64,000 bases of DNA from Candidatus Omnitrophota bacterium (GTDB taxonomy: Bacteria > Omnitrophota > Gorgyraeia > Zapsychrales > Fredricksoniimonadaceae). Both the position numbers and the translations under genes were made by a program. The notes beneath the pieces are model-generated. The model ran no database searches and was not told the DNA's origin. It saw nothing but the letters and a program-made list of their open reading frames with translations. Positions 47,519 through 56,368 of the stretch are shown in pieces. Every line of letters starts with the position of its first letter. Position 1 is the first letter of the stretch. The DNA is taken from the NCBI GenBank assembly GCA_016201795.1, contig JACQCF010000024.1, forward strand, positions 2,115 to 66,114, in the 5' to 3' direction.

Positions 47519-48163
47519 ATGGGTCAAATTCGCAAAATAGGGGAACTTTATTATATTGAATTTTACGCCCGTGGGCTTTTGTATGCGCAGGCCGCCGGGC
47601 ATGACGAACAAGCCGCCCAAAAGATGCTTGAGCACATCGAAGCTAAAATTGCCCACGGCGAGGCCTTGACCGTTGTGCGAGAAATTGATTTGAGCGCTTT
47701 CTTTGAACAGTTTTTAGCTCATGCTAAAGAGCAGTTTTCCGCCAAAAGTATGGGGCGTTTTGTGCAAATGTGGGAGCATTGGAAGGCTTTTCTTCAAGAG
47801 ACTCATCCTCATCTTAATAGCTTATCGCAAATAACCCCATCGGTGGTGGAGTCGTATAAAACCATTTTAGTCAAAACCTTTAGACCCAAAGTGGTTAACC
47901 TGACGATTTTGCTTTTGCGGGAAGTTTTAGAATATGGGATCAACATTGGTTTTATCAATGATAATCCCACGCTGCACCTGTGCCTGTTGGAAATGCCCAG
48001 GCAGCCTGTCGGAAGAGGTCAACGTTTGAATATGGCTAAAGATTTGTTAGCGCGGGGGGTGGGTTTGGGAAAGGTTTGTCAAATTCTTAAACTTAAAGAT
48101 GTAGCCCAGATCATGTATTGGGCAAATTTCATTCCCTTGCAAAGGGAAGATGTGTATAATTGA
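47519..48163 (+). CDS. integrase-derived protein lacking the catalytic core
   Basis: N-terminal and core-binding regions align by eye with the integrase at 54000; no TGxR or HxxRH. Confidence 0.7.
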   Translation: MGQIRKIGELYYIEFYARGLLYAQAAGHDEQAAQKMLEHIEAKIAHGEALTVVREIDLSAFFEQFLAHAKEQFSAKSMGRFVQMWEHWKAFLQETHPHLNSLSQITPSVVESYKTILVKTFRPKVVNLTILLLREVLEYGINIGFINDNPTLHLCLLEMPRQPVGRGQRLNMAKDLLARGVGLGKVCQILKLKDVAQIMYWANFIPLQREDVYN

Positions 48164-48186
48164 CCCCCTAGTCTTTGTAATTTTTT

Positions 48187-48274
48187 GGAGAAGTGGCTGA
48201 GTGGTTGAAAGCGGCGGTCTCGAAAACCGTTATCCCGCTTTGCGGGATCGAAGGTTCGAATCCTTCCTTCTCCG
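48187..48274 (+). tRNA. tRNA-Ser(CGA)
   Basis: GCGGT-CTCGAAA-ACCGT anticodon arm, long variable arm, GGTTCGAATCC. Confidence 0.95.
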
Positions 48275-48295
48275 CAGTTCATTTAAGATTAAATT

Positions 48296-48829
48296 ATGGA
48301 CATTCAAGAAGCTTTCGAAAAAGCATTGAAAGAAACCGAAATCATCCGCAGCCGCGTGCTGTCCCTGCAGACCTTTGCGGACACGCACGTGCCGTATATT
48401 CTTTTGTCCGCCTCCTCCATTAATATGGGTGATACCGTCGTGCGCAGCGGAGAAGTACTGGTGCAAAAACCATCTTTGATCCTGCCGCCGAATATCCCGC
48501 AATTGGAAGGCTTTGAGATGGAGGATCAGCCGGTTTTAGATACGGATGCCATGATCAATTTTCTTTTAGTCAGGGGGGTCTCTTTGCCGTCGATGAAATA
48601 CAACAATAAAACATCGTCTCTGGACATTTTTGAAGGCCGGCTGGATGAAGCCATTAAACATTATAACAATCAGCTGCAGGCTCATGAGAATACCACGACC
48701 GGATTATTGATCGGCCCGCAGGAGGTGTGGCCTTTTTCTTTGATGATTTTTATCTGTAGCCAAATCGCGAAAAATTCTTCTGCCGACATCCGTAAATTAT
48801 TAGATCAATGGCATCGAAAAAATAATTAA
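48296..48829 (+). CDS. hypothetical protein
   Basis: 177-aa ORF whose stop abuts the next start codon; no recognised motif. Confidence 0.7.
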   Translation: MDIQEAFEKALKETEIIRSRVLSLQTFADTHVPYILLSASSINMGDTVVRSGEVLVQKPSLILPPNIPQLEGFEMEDQPVLDTDAMINFLLVRGVSLPSMKYNNKTSSLDIFEGRLDEAIKHYNNQLQAHENTTTGLLIGPQEVWPFSLMIFICSQIAKNSSADIRKLLDQWHRKNN

Positions 48830-51430
48830 ATGAAACTCAAATTCATTATTTTTAGCCTTTTATCGTTGATCTGTCCGGGCCTTGCCCTGGCTCATCAGCC
48901 CCAGATTTTTAAAACAGTTTTAGACAACGGCCTGACCGTACTCATCCAGGAGGTGCCCTCCAGTGAAGTTATTTCCATTGATGCCTGTGTGAAAACCGGC
49001 TCTGCCGTCGAAGACCGCTATTTGGGCACGGGTATTTCGCATTTTATCGAACATATGCTTTTTAAAGGGACCTCCAAACGACCGGTGGGGGCCATTGCCC
49101 GCGAGGTCCAAAGTTTGGGCGGTACCATCAATGCTTCTACGTCGCACGATTATACGATTTATACACTGGACTTACCCCAAGGTTTCTTGAGTCAGGGACT
49201 GGATATTATCAGCGATATGCTCACAAACTCGAGCTTTGATGCCGACCAAATGCAGAAAGAACGCAAAGTCATCCACGGGGAAATGCGTCTTTATCGTGAC
49301 CGTCCTCATCGGTTTTTAAGTGATTTGGTCTTTCGTCATGTCTATATCCGCCATCCCTACCAGCATCCGATGATCGGTTATCCGATGCTTTTTGATTCCA
49401 TTACTCACGACGAGCTTTATGGTTATTATCAAGAACGTTATATTCCTAACAATATGGTGCTTTCCGTCGCCGGGCCGCTGAAAGCGGATGAAATTTTGCC
49501 GTTGATTAAAGCAGCGTTTAAAGACTTTAAATCCCGTCCTTTTGTACAGCGCCATCTGCCTGCGGAGCCACCTCAATTATTTGGGCGTTATGAGGAGGTT
49601 TATTACCCGACACCATTGATGCATTTTTCTTTGGCTTACCAGGGAGTCAGCGTTTCGGATCCAGATTTGTACGCGCTGGATGTTTTATCCATGGCCTTGG
49701 GCCAGGGGGAGAGCTCGCGGCTTTACAAAGACGTCTACAAAACTAAACATTGGGTAGAGAGTATTTCTGCTTCGAATTTTACGCCGCAGGATCAAGGTTT
49801 TTTTGAAATTGAAGGGGTGATGTCGAAGGATCATCTTCCAGAGGTCCTAGCGTCCTTAAAGGCGACTATCGACGATATTCAAAAACGCGGTCTGTCAGCT
49901 GTAGAGTTAGAAAAAACCAAACGCCAGGTTTCGGCCCAATTTATCTTTGGCAATCAAACCGCCCCCAGCCTGGCCTATCGGGCCGCTACTGATGAAGCAA
50001 TGACCGCAGATGCCAATTTTTCCCGTCATTATGTTGAGCAGGTGAAGCAAGTCACCAACCAAGATATTCAAAGAGTAGCCAACCGTTATTTACAGGATTC
50101 TCATTTAAGCGTGACCGTGTTAAAACCTAAAGCCATGGCCCCTGCGCCGTCAGTGCAGCCACCAGCCGCCGCGCCCGAGAAAATCAAAAAAGTTGTTTTG
50201 GATAATGGCTTAACTATTCTTCTGCACGAAGATCACAGTGTGGCCGTGGTTGCGGTCAAGCTGCTGATGTATGGCGGTACAAGGCAAGAAGACCCTGCCC
50301 GGGGCGGTATTGCTCATTTAACCGCTGATGTCTGGACTAAAGGCACAGGGCGTATGTCCGAAGAACAAATAGCCCAGGCCATGGAACAAAGGGGCGGTTC
50401 ATTAGACAGTTCTTCAGGACACAATACCATGACGGTTAGTATGGATGTTTTATCCGATGACCTGCTTTTTGCTTTGGATCTGCTGGAGGATGTGGTCAAA
50501 AATCCTTCCATGCCACCGGAGGCTATTGACCGCCAGCGTCAAGCGATGTTGACGGCCATGCAAGAGCGCGACGATGATATTATGGACGCTTCTTCCAGGG
50601 CTTTACTTGAAACGCTTTACTTAAAACACCCTTTACGTCTTGATCCTTTAGGTACCAAAGAAAGTCTTTCTAAAATGACTCGTGGGGACATCATCGATTT
50701 TTATCATCGTCTGATGTATGGAAATAATATGGTGATAGCTGTTTTTGGGGACTGTGATTCACCAAAAGTTTTACAGGATTTGAAGAAAAAGTTTGGCTCT
50801 TTAAAGAAAGGACAGGTACAGGTTAAATTATTTTCTGAACCGCCTCCCGAGAAGACCAGATTCAAAGATTTGCGGATGGACAAAGAGCAGGCTTTATTGA
50901 TGATGGCTTTCCGGGCACCAGCCTTCAGGGACCCGGACCGTTTTGGGATGGAAGTGCTGGACACGATTTTAGGAGCCAGTTTAAGCGGAAGGCTTTTTGT
51001 GAAAATCCGCGACCAGTTGGGCCAGGCCTACACCATAAGCTCCAGTTATAGCCCTGATCTAGATACGGGGACTTTTACGCTTTATGTGTTGACGAAGCCG
51101 GATAAAATTGATAGCGTTAAAGGCATTATAATCCAAGAGTTGGAAGATTTAAGAACGAGGGATGTGTCGGCCGAAGAGTTGCAAAGCGCCAAGAATTATT
51201 TAAAGGGTACATTCAAAGGGGAATTATTGACCAACAGCGCCTTGGCTTCCATGAGCAGTCTTGATGAGCTCTACGGTCTGGGTTATAATTTTTACCGTCA
51301 ATTCGACGGGGATGTGGATCAAATTACGGTCCAAGATGTTCGTCGTATGGCCAATCAATATTTAGATATTTCCAAAGCGGCGGTCGTTATTACAAAACCT
51401 AAAACAGCGGACACGAACACTCATGAATAG
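48830..51430 (+). CDS. exported M16 (pitrilysin) family zinc protease
   Basis: Signal peptide, HFIEHMLFKGT (HxxEH), two LDNGLT-initiated halves. Confidence 0.92.
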   Translation: MKLKFIIFSLLSLICPGLALAHQPQIFKTVLDNGLTVLIQEVPSSEVISIDACVKTGSAVEDRYLGTGISHFIEHMLFKGTSKRPVGAIAREVQSLGGTINASTSHDYTIYTLDLPQGFLSQGLDIISDMLTNSSFDADQMQKERKVIHGEMRLYRDRPHRFLSDLVFRHVYIRHPYQHPMIGYPMLFDSITHDELYGYYQERYIPNNMVLSVAGPLKADEILPLIKAAFKDFKSRPFVQRHLPAEPPQLFGRYEEVYYPTPLMHFSLAYQGVSVSDPDLYALDVLSMALGQGESSRLYKDVYKTKHWVESISASNFTPQDQGFFEIEGVMSKDHLPEVLASLKATIDDIQKRGLSAVELEKTKRQVSAQFIFGNQTAPSLAYRAATDEAMTADANFSRHYVEQVKQVTNQDIQRVANRYLQDSHLSVTVLKPKAMAPAPSVQPPAAAPEKIKKVVLDNGLTILLHEDHSVAVVAVKLLMYGGTRQEDPARGGIAHLTADVWTKGTGRMSEEQIAQAMEQRGGSLDSSSGHNTMTVSMDVLSDDLLFALDLLEDVVKNPSMPPEAIDRQRQAMLTAMQERDDDIMDASSRALLETLYLKHPLRLDPLGTKESLSKMTRGDIIDFYHRLMYGNNMVIAVFGDCDSPKVLQDLKKKFGSLKKGQVQVKLFSEPPPEKTRFKDLRMDKEQALLMMAFRAPAFRDPDRFGMEVLDTILGASLSGRLFVKIRDQLGQAYTISSSYSPDLDTGTFTLYVLTKPDKIDSVKGIIIQELEDLRTRDVSAEELQSAKNYLKGTFKGELLTNSALASMSSLDELYGLGYNFYRQFDGDVDQITVQDVRRMANQYLDISKAAVVITKPKTADTNTHE

Positions 51431-52781
51431 GATCAAAACACTGGAATTAGAAGTCCTGGTTTTAGCCAAATTAAAAGGGAGAATGGCTTTGCTGGCCTCC
51501 CAAGAAGATCGTGAGCTGATGGTGGCCTCTGCCCTGGAACAAGTGTTAAAGGAGGACCATTCCCAAGAGTTTAAACCAGACCTTTCTTCCGTCGCAGAGA
51601 AAACACGTTTTATTAAAGGGTTTCTTTCGTATGGCGTTATCGAAGAGCTTTTATGTGATCCGGACATCGAAGATATTATCATCAATGCTTTAAAGCCCCT
51701 TTATATTCACCACGCGCAAAAAGGCTTTATCGCCACCGACAAAAAATTCTCCTCCCATCGGGAATTGGAGGTTTTTATTTTGAAGCTCGTTGTTTTTTCT
51801 GGCCGCCATGGTTATAACAAAATCGCCAATTTAGAATTAGCGAATTTAGCCGGGCGGGTCAATATCGTGGATACTCCTCTGGGGCCGCAGTTAACCATTA
51901 GTAAGGCCAAAATTGATCCGTTAAGTATTATCGATTTAATCAAATGCGGCAGCATGAGTTATGAGGTGGCAGGACAGTTGTGGCTTTATATGGAAGGTTT
52001 ATCTATTCGTCCGGCGAATGTGATTATTGCTGGCGGCCCGGGAACCGGCAAAACGACCCTGTTAAATGCCATGTTGAGTTTTATTCCGCCTAAAGACCGC
52101 TTGGTGGTTATTGAAGATACGCTGGAACTCAATACATTTCTGGAAGACAGCTGTTCTCGTCTGGAAACGGATGAAGATTTAGACCTTTCGGATTTGGTCA
52201 AAAACAGCCTGCGCATGCGCCCGGAGAGGGTGATTGTCGGTGAGGTGCGCGGGGCTGAAGCGCGGGATATGATCACGGCCGTTAATATCGGCAAATACTG
52301 TATGAGTACCATCCACGCATTAAGCGCAAGGGAGGCCATTTTACGTTTGGGCAATGAACCCATGAATGTGCCGGATATGCTCATTAATCTTATTGATGTT
52401 TTTATTATTCTTAAACGCTATCATGTGGACGGAAAACTCTTTCGCGTGGTGGAGGAGGTTTCCGAGACCAGCGGCATGGAAAACACAAAAATTTTATTGT
52501 CGCAGGTTTTTAAATACAATTATGAGCAAAAACGCGTGGTAGCGGTCTCGCCGAGCACAATTTACCGCGACCGCCTGGCCCGGGAGACTGGTCTGACGCC
52601 CAGGGAGATTATTGCCGAAACCTGGATCCGTGCCAGTGTGCTTAAGAATTTAGCCGATCGTGGTGTGAATACCATGAAAGAAGTCGCTATGTTCTGTCAT
52701 TATTACACCCACAATCCCGCGGAAGCCATGCATAAAATCGGTTTGGACCGCCAGCGCATGTTGAAGGAAATCAACAAATAA
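51423..52781 (+). CDS. CpaF/TadA/VirB11-family secretion ATPase
   Basis: GGPGTGKTT, IEDTLEL, LRMRPERVIVGEVRG, STIHA. Confidence 0.9.
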   Translation: MNRIKTLELEVLVLAKLKGRMALLASQEDRELMVASALEQVLKEDHSQEFKPDLSSVAEKTRFIKGFLSYGVIEELLCDPDIEDIIINALKPLYIHHAQKGFIATDKKFSSHRELEVFILKLVVFSGRHGYNKIANLELANLAGRVNIVDTPLGPQLTISKAKIDPLSIIDLIKCGSMSYEVAGQLWLYMEGLSIRPANVIIAGGPGTGKTTLLNAMLSFIPPKDRLVVIEDTLELNTFLEDSCSRLETDEDLDLSDLVKNSLRMRPERVIVGEVRGAEARDMITAVNIGKYCMSTIHALSAREAILRLGNEPMNVPDMLINLIDVFIILKRYHVDGKLFRVVEEVSETSGMENTKILLSQVFKYNYEQKRVVAVSPSTIYRDRLARETGLTPREIIAETWIRASVLKNLADRGVNTMKEVAMFCHYYTHNPAEAMHKIGLDRQRMLKEINK

Positions 52782-52788
52782 TATGGCT

Positions 52789-52817
52789 TTGACAGCAAAA
52801 GGCGGTTTTGATATAAA
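52789..52817 (+). promoter_or_regulatory. sigma70 promoter of tRNA-Arg
   Basis: TTGACA-17-TATAAA with TG extension. Confidence 0.65.
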
Positions 52818-52849
52818 AGTAGACTTTATTTTTGAGAAAATTTTGACGG

Positions 52850-52926
52850 GCGCCTGTAGCTCAACTGGATAGAGCATCAGTCTACGGAACTGAGGGTTGC
52901 AGGTTCGAGCCCTGCCAGGCGCGCCA
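52850..52926 (+). tRNA. tRNA-Arg(ACG)
   Basis: TCAGT-CTACGGA-ACTGA anticodon arm, GGTTCGAG, encoded CCA. Confidence 0.95.
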
Positions 52927-52935
52927 GATTTCGTT

Positions 52936-53226
52936 ATGAGAACAAATCCTAAGTCTAATCCCAGCGAATCTTTTACTTTATTAGCCGGTTTTGCCCGAGA
53001 AATCAACACTCCTCTTCAATCGCTACTATTAAGCTCTCAAAAACTTTTAGATACCTATAAGCGTAAAGATTTTGAATATATTTCTTACAAAGATTTTCAA
53101 CGGATGCTGACGATGTTAGAACAGATCAATCAACAGATCAAACGTTGTTATGAGATTAGTGAGCGTCTGAAGGGTCTTGGTAAATCTAAAAGGAATCCTC
53201 GTGCGTATTTTACTTCCTGCGATTAA
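52936..53226 (+). CDS. stand-alone HisKA-like helical protein lacking the phospho-His
   Basis: LAGFAREINTPL resembles the H-box AHEINxPL. Confidence 0.55.
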   Translation: MRTNPKSNPSESFTLLAGFAREINTPLQSLLLSSQKLLDTYKRKDFEYISYKDFQRMLTMLEQINQQIKRCYEISERLKGLGKSKRNPRAYFTSCD

Positions 53227-53229
53227 GTC

Positions 53230-53715
53230 ATGACCAAATTCGATGAAATGTTGATGCAAGAGGCCATTCGTGAGGCTAAAAAAGCAGCTGAGGCCGGTGA
53301 GGTACCTGTGGGGGCGGTGGTGGTGCACGAAAACAAGATCATTGCCCGCGCCTATAATCAGGTGGAGATGCTCAAAGACCCCACCGCGCATGCCGAAATG
53401 ATTGCATTGACGGCAGCCACCAGTTATTTGTCATCGAAGTGGTTGCAGGAGTGTACCCTCTATGTTACAATCGAGCCCTGTTCGATGTGCACCGGAGCGA
53501 TGGTGTTGGCTCGTCTGGGGTGTGTGTGTTTTGGCGCCGAAGACCCCAAAGCCGGTGCCTGCGGATCAGTTTTAAATATTGCCAATCACCAAGGATTAAA
53601 TCACCGTCTGAATATTCAAGGGAATATTTTAGCTGCCCCCTGTGCTAGTCTTTTGAGTGAGTTTTTTAAGAAGAAGCGAAAGAATGTACCACGTTTACAT
53701 AGAAAGAATGTTTAA
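53230..53715 (+). CDS. tadA: tRNA adenosine(34) deaminase
   Basis: EVPVGAV, DPTAHAE, EPCSMC, DPKAG. Confidence 0.95.
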   Translation: MTKFDEMLMQEAIREAKKAAEAGEVPVGAVVVHENKIIARAYNQVEMLKDPTAHAEMIALTAATSYLSSKWLQECTLYVTIEPCSMCTGAMVLARLGCVCFGAEDPKAGACGSVLNIANHQGLNHRLNIQGNILAAPCASLLSEFFKKKRKNVPRLHRKNV

Positions 53716-53728
53716 GAAGACTATTAGT

Positions 53729-53790
53729 GGAGAGTCCACCAAAATCTTTGATTTTGGTGAGACTTCTCCAAAATTTACTACGTAAATTTT
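53729..53790 (+). repeat. double-hairpin leader of tRNA-Ser(GCT)
   Basis: GGAGAGTC-CACCAAAATC/GATTTTGGTG-AGACTTCTCC-AAAATTTAC/GTAAATTTT. Confidence 0.8.
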
Positions 53791-53880
53791 GGAGAGGTGG
53801 CAGAGTGGCTGAATGCAACTGCCTGCTAAGCAGTTGGCCGGGCAACTGGCCCCCGGGTTCGAATCCCGGCCTCTCCGCCA
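53791..53880 (+). tRNA. tRNA-Ser(GCT)
   Basis: ACTGC-CTGCTAA-GCAGT anticodon arm, long variable arm, encoded CCA. Confidence 0.95.
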
Positions 53881-53999
53881 GATTTTTGTTGTGTTCTGTA
53901 ACATAATGTAATTAAATGAGTTAGATACATCTTAACTCCCCTTTAAGATGGTGGTGCCCAAAATGCGCCCATGTTAAAACCATCAACAAGGAGGGAGTT

Positions 54000-55034
54000 A
54001 TGGCAAGTCTAAGATTCAGAAGCGGGCGGTACTACATTGATTATCGGGTCAATGGCCAAAGGTTTCGCAAGGCCACCGGTAAATCGAAACGGATCGCTGA
54101 ACTCGCACTCAAAGACATTGAAGTAAAAATTGAACGCAATGACCTTGGGTTCATAGAAAAAGACGTTGAGTTAAACAAGCTCTTCGAAGAATTCCTCGCC
54201 TACGGCATCACCCACCACGCACCCAAAACACAAAAACGCTACAAAGGCATTCTCGATAATTTTAAAGAATTCCTCAAGAAGTTTCCGTTTATCAAAAAAG
54301 CTTCCCAATTGGATTCAAAATTTTTTGAAGACTATCAAACCTTCCGCAAAGTCAAAGGCGTTAGCAATAAAACAGTCAATATAGAACTCATCTGTTTGAA
54401 GGCCATGTTTAATCTGGCCATCAAATGGAATTACATTTGGGCCAGTCCCACCAAAAATGTCACGCCATTAAAAGAAGAAAACAACAAGAAGCCGCGATTT
54501 TTGAGCAAGGAGGAGTGCAAGATTTTGCTTGAGAATTGTGATGAATGGTTTTATCCAATTCTTTATACTTTTCTGCACACGGGCATGCGTAAAAGTGAAT
54601 TGGAGAATTTGACATGGAGTGATGTTGATTTCGAACGTAAAAAAATCAAAATCCGCTACAAGGATGATTGGAGTCCTAAAACATCCGAGCGCGAAATCCC
54701 CATCAGTAATGGCCTTTTTGAGTTGTTAAAGAAGCGGAAGGAAACCAACCAAATCCGCTCATGCCCGTATGTCTTTCACTTAAAAGGGGACAAGATAGAG
54801 GCCAATTATTTAAGGAAAAAATATCTGCCTTTAACCAAACAGTGCGGCTTCCCGGATGTAACTAAAATCCACAGCCTGCGCCATACTTTTGCCAGCCACC
54901 TGGTCATGAGCGGGGTGGACTTACCAACAGTCAAGAAGCTCATGGGCCATGCGGATATTGAAACAACCATGATCTATTCCCACCTGGCCGATGAGCATGT
55001 GGATAAGGCGGTGGAAAAATTGAGTTTAATTTAA
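54000..55034 (+). CDS. tyrosine recombinase/integrase
   Basis: TGMRKSE, PKT, HSLRHTFAS, LMGH, TMIY. Confidence 0.95.
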   Translation: MASLRFRSGRYYIDYRVNGQRFRKATGKSKRIAELALKDIEVKIERNDLGFIEKDVELNKLFEEFLAYGITHHAPKTQKRYKGILDNFKEFLKKFPFIKKASQLDSKFFEDYQTFRKVKGVSNKTVNIELICLKAMFNLAIKWNYIWASPTKNVTPLKEENNKKPRFLSKEECKILLENCDEWFYPILYTFLHTGMRKSELENLTWSDVDFERKKIKIRYKDDWSPKTSEREIPISNGLFELLKKRKETNQIRSCPYVFHLKGDKIEANYLRKKYLPLTKQCGFPDVTKIHSLRHTFASHLVMSGVDLPTVKKLMGHADIETTMIYSHLADEHVDKAVEKLSLI

Positions 55035-55048
55035 TATGAAAAGTTCTC

Positions 55049-55087
55049 TTGACTATACAAGTTATATGTTGTACACTTTTAGTGTAC
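55049..55087 (+). promoter_or_regulatory. TA promoter with palindromic operators
   Basis: TTGACT-17-TACACT; TACAA...TTGTA and GTACACT-ttt-AGTGTAC palindromes. Confidence 0.7.
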
Positions 55088-55099
55088 GGAAAGGCAACA

Positions 55100-55453
55100 A
55101 TGTTAAAGTCTATCTATTATTTTGTTGATATTCGTGGGAATAATCCGGTTAAGGAATTCATTAATAATCTGCCATTGAAAGAGCAAACGAAAATTGATGC
55201 CTATATTGAGGAGCTTAAAAATCAAGGCCATAATTTGCGCAGACCCATGGCTGACTATATAAGGGAAGGAATATATGAATTAAGGCCGGGTCATCATCGA
55301 GTATTTTATTTTTTCTTTTATCGAGAGAGCGCTGTTCTGCTCCATGCGATAAGGAAAAAAACGGACAAAATACCATCGAATGATTTAGATTTATGCCTTA
55401 AAAGAAAAAAAGAATTTGAACATCTTTGGGATATTAATAAACTTGATTCTTAA
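55100..55453 (+). CDS. RelE/HigB (Gp49-like) toxin
   Basis: NPVKEFI, GIYELR, RVFYFF, LLHAIRKKT. Confidence 0.88.
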   Translation: MLKSIYYFVDIRGNNPVKEFINNLPLKEQTKIDAYIEELKNQGHNLRRPMADYIREGIYELRPGHHRVFYFFFYRESAVLLHAIRKKTDKIPSNDLDLCLKRKKEFEHLWDINKLDS

Positions 55454-55467
55454 CAGGGAGGTGTAAC

Positions 55468-55794
55468 ATGGCAAACATTCGGTTAGAAAGATTTGAAGAT
55501 CATCTTCAAGAAAAGCTTAAAGATAAAGAATTCCGCCGTCTTTATGAAATTGAGCGGGCCAAGGTGGCTTTAGCTCAAAAGATTGCAGAAATGCGGCAGG
55601 ACAAGCATCTTAACCAAAAGGCCTTGGCCGTTAAGCTTGGGGTATCCCAGCAATTTGTTTCACAAATAGAGACCGGTGAAGGCCGTAATCTGACTTTGGA
55701 TACGCTTATCCGCATAGCCGCATCTTTAGGACATAAAGTACGCCTCTCTTTTCCTAGAAATGTGGGTAACGGCGCGCATCTTGAAGTAGCTTAG
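55468..55794 (+). CDS. XRE-family HTH antitoxin (HigA-like)
   Basis: QKALAVKLGVSQQFVSQIETG, NLTLDTL; toxin-first arrangement. Confidence 0.88.
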   Translation: MANIRLERFEDHLQEKLKDKEFRRLYEIERAKVALAQKIAEMRQDKHLNQKALAVKLGVSQQFVSQIETGEGRNLTLDTLIRIAASLGHKVRLSFPRNVGNGAHLEVA

Positions 55795-56009
55795 CGAAAA
55801 GGAAGATTACCTATGTTAGATTGGGGCCGTGATCACAGGAAGCATAGCTTTTTTCATGGGTGTTAAAATTCATGTCAACGGTTTAAAATGGCAGTGGGAT
55901 GAGGTGGTGTGCCGCCATGATGATTCCATCGAATGGAAAAGAATGACATGGAGCGGGGCAAACGCAAGCCGGCATCCGTTAAACATTTAAAATTTGGTTT
56001 TAAAAATCA

Positions 56010-56059
56010 TTACGAATGGCATTACCAATGGCGTTACAATTTTGTAACGCCATTCGTAA
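56010..56059. repeat. iterated TTACxAATGGC units with a 13-bp perfect inverted repeat
   Basis: TTACGAATGGCA, TTACCAATGGCG, AATGGCGTTACAA-tt-TTGTAACGCCATT. Confidence 0.7.
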
Positions 56060-56074
56060 TTTTAGGGCTCTTTA

Positions 56075-56198
56075 ACTCTCTTATTTGCAACGGTTTTTTG
56101 GGCGAAAGCGGCCCAAAATCGTTCAAGACCCCTCTCTCCCAACCATAGGTTAAGCAGGGAGACAGGGGTCTTGAACTAACCGTTGCAATAGGAGAGAG
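56075..56198. other. multi-stem palindromic element (candidate structured RNA or MITE)
   Basis: Outer stem TTGCAACGGTT/AACCGTTGCAA enclosing two hairpins. Confidence 0.6.
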
Positions 56199-56368
56199 TG
56201 ATTAGATATCAATTATCTTGAGGTTTATTATTTAAAGAGTAAGATGTTAAAAAATGTGGGATCAATTAAAAAGAGGGGTAGTTGTTTATGAGGTTATTTA
56301 AAGGTCTGGTAATTGGGAATATTTGGGGTGGGATTTATGGTTTTGTTGTCGTCAGTTTCTTTTGCAAG

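Noticed and set aside
55933-56148. 71-aa ORF in the island
   Set aside because: Runs through palindromic repeats and has no recognisable domain; probably non-coding
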